From assembly GCA_963741205.1 (NCBI GenBank), contig CAVUHW010000012.1, positions 32,001 through 96,000 of the forward strand: a stretch of 64,000 nt of DNA, in the 5' to 3' direction. This DNA is from Nitrospirota bacterium. GTDB lineage: Bacteria > Nitrospirota > UBA9217. Shown here piece by piece: positions 59,469 to 64,000 of the stretch. The stretch's first letter is position 1. Every line of letters starts with the position of its first letter. Position numbers and translations under genes: made by a program. Below the pieces are notes generated by a model. The model made no database searches. It was not told the DNA's origin and was given only the letters and a program-made list of their open reading frames with translations.

Positions 59469-60496
59469 TTACCTCCTGTAATTTCTGACTTCATCCATCA
59501 TCGCCTTGAAATTTTCGGCCGGCACCGTGGGCCAGATGTCGCACCCGGGCCAGACCGCGCTCACGCCGTCGTCCATGCATTTCTTGACGGTCTGGCGCAC
59601 GAGGTCCGGCGTTCCCGCCACCAGCACATTGTAGGGGTCGTAGTTCCCGAAGACGAGCGCCTTGGGGCCGAGCTTCTTGCGCGTCTCGGCGACGTCGTTC
59701 TTCTGGTCCACGCTGATCGCCTTCGCGCCGCTCTCGGCCATGAAGGGAACGATGTCGTTCGTCTTGCCGCAGATGTGGATCGCGCTCGGCACGGTGATCT
59801 TCTCGAAGATCTTCTTGAGGTAGGGCAGGATGAGGCTCTTGAACACGCGGGGGCAGAGCACGTCGGAAGTCGCGCCCATCTCCCTGACGGTGATGTAGTC
59901 CACGCCGGCCTTCTGGTACTCCCCTGCCACCTGGATGATCACGTCCGTCAGCTGGTCGAGCAATTTCCCGATCTTGTCCGGCTTCTTGAAGGACAGCTTC
60001 AGGAGGTCGTTCAGCTCCATGATCTGGCCCGCGAGCGTGAAGGGACCGAGCACGTAGGAGCCCACGGCCGCCTCGCCGCCGATGTCCTTCTTGATCAGCT
60101 TGATCGCCTCGACCATGAGCGGCACCCTGCCCCGCTTGGTGAGGTCGGACGGGATGGAGAGCTCCATCTCGGCCTCGTTGTGGATCAGCTTTTTCTTGAT
60201 CGTGGGGTACAGCAGGTCCTCGGAATGGGCATACACATTGATCTCGCACCCCATGGCCTCGGCCTCGATGCAGAGGTCGAAGGGCGCGACCGCGCATTCG
60301 AACCCGAACAGCTTGTACGTAGTAGCCGCCGCCGCGGCCATCATCTTTGCGTCAAGGTGCGTTGCCGCGAATTCTGGTTCAGCGATTTCAGCCCCTCGGT
60401 GGTCACGTTGCCCATGCCGCTGAAGCACGGCGGCCGGTCCACTTCCTCGCCGGCGAACATCTTCAGCACCCGTTCTCTTGAATTCATTGTTGTCAT
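59469..60496 (-). CDS. MtaA/CmuA-family methylcobamide:thiol (CoM) methyltransferase (frameshifts)
   Basis: HLDAKMMA, PFDLCIEAEAMGC, GRVP, GPFTLA, zinc motif HICG...PGC. Confidence 0.88.
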
Positions 60497-60524
60497 GCAA
60501 TCTCCTTCCTGATACGAAAATAAA

Positions 60525-60615
60525 ATTTATTGTAAATTGCAGATTGAAAGTTGGAATTACATTTTCAGAGATTCAGTTTTGTAAAATTCAATTTCGAATA
60601 CTCCGCTATTCAATC
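60525..60615. repeat. Heptamer-repeat element between mtrH and mtaA
   Basis: TAAATTG CAGATTG AAAGTTG GAATT ... ATTCAGT ... ATTCAAT TTCGAAT ... ATTCAAT. Confidence 0.55.
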
Positions 60616-60630
60616 GGCGTCTGTCAGCGC

Positions 60631-61577
60631 CTACTTTCTCGCTGCTCCCGAGGTCAATTTTCCCAGGAAATCCGAAAAATACTTCTTGATCGGCAGATTG
60701 GGATTGTCCGATATCTTATGCGTCTCGTCATACACCAGCGTGGAAAGCAGGACATGCGCCGCCGCCACTGCCGGGATGATCCGCGGCATCGTTACGATGG
60801 GGCCGCAGAAATTGAAATCGCTCCACAGCGCCGAAGCCATGCCCTGGACCACGGCGTCCATGGCCTTGAACCCGTCGAGGCTCCAGATGGTCTTCGCCTC
60901 CTTCCACATGTGCGTGCCGTTCGAGTAGGCGCCGCCGCAGGGGAGCCCCAGCTTCTCCTTGATCATCCGGTTGGCGACGAGCGAGAACGACGTGGCGGGC
61001 AGGTTCATGACCGAGGTGTCGACGATGACGGTTTCGAAGCTGTCGGCGCCCTGGCGAGGATGTTCTCCAGGGACTTGAGCCGGCCGGCGGGCGACTGGTC
61101 CTGTCGTCGAAGGCCTGTACCACGACGTGCTTGATCCCGAGGTCTTTGAGCTTCTGGACCTGGCCCTTGATGTCCTTGTCCCAGGGGGTGATGCTGTTGT
61201 ACAGGAACTTGTCCTGCAGTCCCAGCTTGGCGACATATTCCGTTGCCTGCGCGCGTTTTTCCGCGACCCACATGTCGATGCCGAAGGGCATGGTCGGTCG
61301 TCTCGCGGTAAAAGTCGATGTAGATCTTCGCCTCTTCCGGCGAGTTGGCGACCATGGCCACCATGGACGGGATGCCGGTGGAGGCCGAAAGCTGCTCCAT
61401 CGTTTTGATGAGTTCCGCGGCCTTCGCGCGGTCGAAATTCCCTTTCCGGTCGGTCACGATCCGGTCCTTGTTGTGGAACATGGACGCGATCTGAAGCGGC
61501 GGATTTTCGCCCGGCTGCCCGCCGACCTTGATCCCGCCAGAGTTGAATGTCTTTTGATCTTTTTTAAATTGAAACAT
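60631..61577 (-). CDS. MtrH/MtgA-family methylcorrinoid:pterin methyltransferase (frameshifts)
   Basis: MFQFKKDQK.F...GIKVGGQPGENPP...SMFH....IV.D...G.FD..KA, YNSI, IKEKLGLPCG. Confidence 0.85.
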
Positions 61578-61669
61578 TTACCGTCCTCGCATTATGCCGC
61601 CATTCCGGACTTGATCGGGGAATGACCGATAAGAATAGTCTGAGCAAGAGAGTAACGAATTATGAGTCC

Positions 61670-61705
61670 AAAAAAACGGGGGAGCCATTCGAAACGCTCC
61701 CCCGT
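61670..61705 (-). terminator. Intrinsic terminator after the CMD gene
   Basis: ACGGGGGAGC...GCTCCCCCGT followed by a T-tract on the minus strand. Confidence 0.75.
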
Positions 61706-61718
61706 CGATAGTTCATGG

Positions 61719-62161
61719 TTAGAACACGCCGTGGTCGAACTTGGGCTGCGGCAGGTACTCCCACTTCTCGCCCTTGCGGAACTTGGCTTCGATATCGAGG
61801 CACTTCAGGGCATACTCGAAGGCGTAGGGGATGCCGGGTCCGCCGGGCACGAAGCCGCCGAGGATCATGCCGACCGAGGCGGCCTCGAAGATCTCGCCCG
61901 TGGTCGCGCCCGCGTTGATCGCGGGATCACATGGATGATGCAGCGCGGCGAGCAATAGGCGACGCCGCCGGACATGAACATCAGCTCCTTGTACTTGCGG
62001 GAAAGGGCGCCGTCGCCGAAGATGCTCGCGTAGAAATCGGCGAAGGTCCTGCCCGGTTCGGGCGTGACGGTGTTGATGATCTGGAACATGCGGGGAACGA
62101 AACCGCACTGCTTCTTCATGTAGTCGTTCACTTCTTCCAACGTCATTTTCTTGTCAGCCAT
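61719..62161 (-). CDS. Carboxymuconolactone decarboxylase/AhpD-family protein (frameshift; alternative GTG start at 62236)
   Basis: GALSRKYKELM....VAYCSPRCIIH, GATTGEIFEA. Confidence 0.8.
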
Positions 62162-62476
62162 TTTTGTTCCCTCCCCTTGCCCGGATGCGCTCTGCGCCCG
62201 GGAAAACAGTTTTTTCAACTCCTCCAAAATACCCACTGAATCGACCTCCTTTCACGAAACCGAACCGTATCACCTCCTTCGTAACCACAGGCGGCTGCGC
62301 CGCACACGGTAAAGATTAAAACCAGCCCCGACGAAAGCGTTCTGCCCGAGTTATTATTATCGTGTTCATCCGCATGCACCCAGCGATTACGAGTGGCACG
62401 TAACCTGCTCTTGCGAAAGCGCGGCCATAAACGAGTGCGGGGTGTGAGTCACGCGAAGCGGGACCCGTGGTTGCAA

Positions 62477-63514
62477 TCACAGTTTCCACTCCAGCGCCAC
62501 GTCGTGGAACTTCCGGAGATTCTCGTAGGGAATCGTCGGCGGGATGTCGCACCCGGGCACCAGGATGAACCCGCCGTCCTTGCCGGCGACCTCGATGACC
62601 TCGCGGCAGGCCTTCTCCACCCCCGCGACGTCCTGGTTGAGCAACACGTGCACCGGCGCGACGTTGCCCCCGAAGCTCATCTTCCCCTGCAGCGCCTCCT
62701 TGGCCTTGGCGATGTCCACCTTCTGGTCGAAGAAGATCGTGCTCGCCCCCGTGAGCGGGAACAGATCCAGCCGGTCGCTGGTGTTCCCGCAGATGTGCAG
62801 GATCGAGTGCACGCCCTTGCCCTTGGCCCAGCCGGTGAGCTTCTTCAGGCCCGGCACCGCGAAGCGCTCCATCTGCTTCTTGTTGATCAGATCTCCCGAG
62901 GCGGTCGGGTCAGCGATGCTGATGCACTCGAGGCCGTCCTTTACCAGCGGCTCGTAGAGGTGGATCAGCAGGTCGGCGCAGAAATCGACCATCTTCTCGA
63001 CGAACGCCGGCTTCTTGAAGGTCGCCTTCATGAACTGCTCCTCGCCGACGAAGCGCGCCGCAAGGGTGAACGGCCCCCAGCAGGTCATCGTCACGAGGTA
63101 GGTGTCGCCGATCTTCTCCCGGACGCGCCGGGTCGCCTCGAGCACCGTCTGGACGACCGGCTCGCGGTGGACGTCGGCGATGTCGAGCTTCGCCAGGTCC
63201 TCCTCGGAGTTGACGAAGTGGGTGGTCATGTCGGGAGCGCCCATCTCGCGGTACTTGATCCCGACCCCGAAGGCCTTGCCGAGCGCCGAGGCGTGGAAGT
63301 TGTTGAAGCCCGAGCCGACGTAGACGACGTCGCTTCGGATTCGCGCCGCCTCCGCCACGCACATATCGGTCATCTTCTGCGGATCGTGGGCGAGCGCCTC
63401 GAAGGTCGTCCCGAAGTCCTTGATCGACCACATCCCCGCGCCGAAGAGGGTCACGGGAATCCGGTCGCCCTTGCCGCCCTCAAATGCCTTGAGTATCACT
63501 TCCTTCGGTTTCAT
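62477..63514 (-). CDS. Second MtaA/uroporphyrinogen-decarboxylase-family methyltransferase
   Basis: DRIPV, GPFTLA, IADPTASGDLI, zinc motif LHICG...PGCD, GNVAP. Confidence 0.88.
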   Translation of the reverse strand: MKPKEVILKAFEGGKGDRIPVTLFGAGMWSIKDFGTTFEALAHDPQKMTDMCVAEAARIRSDVVYVGSGFNNFHASALGKAFGVGIKYREMGAPDMTTHFVNSEEDLAKLDIADVHREPVVQTVLEATRRVREKIGDTYLVTMTCWGPFTLAARFVGEEQFMKATFKKPAFVEKMVDFCADLLIHLYEPLVKDGLECISIADPTASGDLINKKQMERFAVPGLKKLTGWAKGKGVHSILHICGNTSDRLDLFPLTGASTIFFDQKVDIAKAKEALQGKMSFGGNVAPVHVLLNQDVAGVEKACREVIEVAGKDGGFILVPGCDIPPTIPYENLRKFHDVALEWKL

Positions 63515-63636
63515 AGCATCTCCCTTCATGAATAAAGTAGAATCAAACCTTCAGCCCGCTTGGGGCCGCCATCATTTAATGTAGCACAAATAGAGTTCCT
63601 GCGTGTATGGGCTGACAGCAACGGTCCTAATGGGCT

Positions 63637-63964
63637 TCAGACTGCGATACTGTGGATCGTGTGCTTGAACTCTTCGAGATCAACGGGCGTCTCGACGGAC
63701 GGCACATCCGCATCGACTGCCGCCCCCCACGACGAGCGTGGGCGTGCCCGGCGACACGGCCTTGATGATCTCCACCGCGTCCTCGGCGGACAGGCCGAAG
63801 GGCTCCGAATCGATGATGACGAAATCATATTTCCCGAACAGGACCTTTTGAACGGCGAGGGAGGGATGCTCGACGATTTCCACGTTGTAGCCTTCCTCGC
63901 GAAGGACACAGTAGAGGCTCTTGACCAGAATGGGATTGGAGGAACAGAGAATGATGTTCTTCAT
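63637..63964 (-). CDS. Atypical single-domain response regulator (frameshift)
   Basis: Receiver-like pattern L...GYNV...YDFVIID...P; lacks the N-terminal acidic pair and the conserved Lys (ETPV instead of KP). Confidence 0.65.
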
Positions 63965-63978
63965 GGCAGGGATTTAAC

Positions 63979-63994
63979 TGCATTTGCGATGCCA
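63979..63994 (-). promoter_or_regulatory. Putative sigma54 (-24/-12) promoter
   Basis: TGGCATCGCAAATGCA with exact GG-N10-GC spacing. Confidence 0.55.
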
Positions 63995-64000
63995 GGCAGT

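Noticed and set aside
62290-62475. Cobalamin riboswitch within the corrinoid cluster
   Set aside because: No recognisable B12-box or GGGAA/GCCACTG core seen by eye; an Rfam search would settle it.

Overview
GC-rich bacterial chromosome segment spanning the replication origin. It is probably from a Nitrospirota- or Desulfobacterota-like anaerobe; this is inferred from gene content only. Single-base indels break many essential genes, which points to uncorrected long-read errors, so frameshifted genes are reported as single CDSs with approximate ends. Left to right: two Slp lipoproteins, ftsH, an acyl-CoA desaturase, a DksA-like protein, galU, cyclic beta-1,2-glucan synthase (ndvB/cgs), an rlmA-like gene, a full-length IS1111-type IS110 element inserted just after a csp stop codon, tRNA-Asn, mglAB, porCDAB, recR-ybaB-dnaX-ffs, a serS/4x tRNA-Ser/tRNA-Arg/tadA cluster, gyrA-gyrB-dnaN-dnaA, about 5 kb of extra genes (tusA, dsrE2, hisI, hit, dsrE, HD, NMP kinase, NUDIX) containing oriC with a DnaA-trio unwinding element, rpmH-rnpA-yidD-yidC, an HD-GYP protein and slyD. 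The main discovery is a ~13 kb minus-strand cluster (51.0-64.0 kb). It joins Methanosarcina-type coenzyme M biosynthesis genes (cysteate synthase, fused ComDE) with HdrD/HdrE-like proteins, a corrinoid reductive activator, a corrinoid protein, two MtaA-family methyltransferases and a stand-alone MtrH. This suggests a bacterial CoM/thiol-linked methyl-transfer system. About 15 dispersed short-repeat hairpin elements are also present, two of them inside coding sequences.
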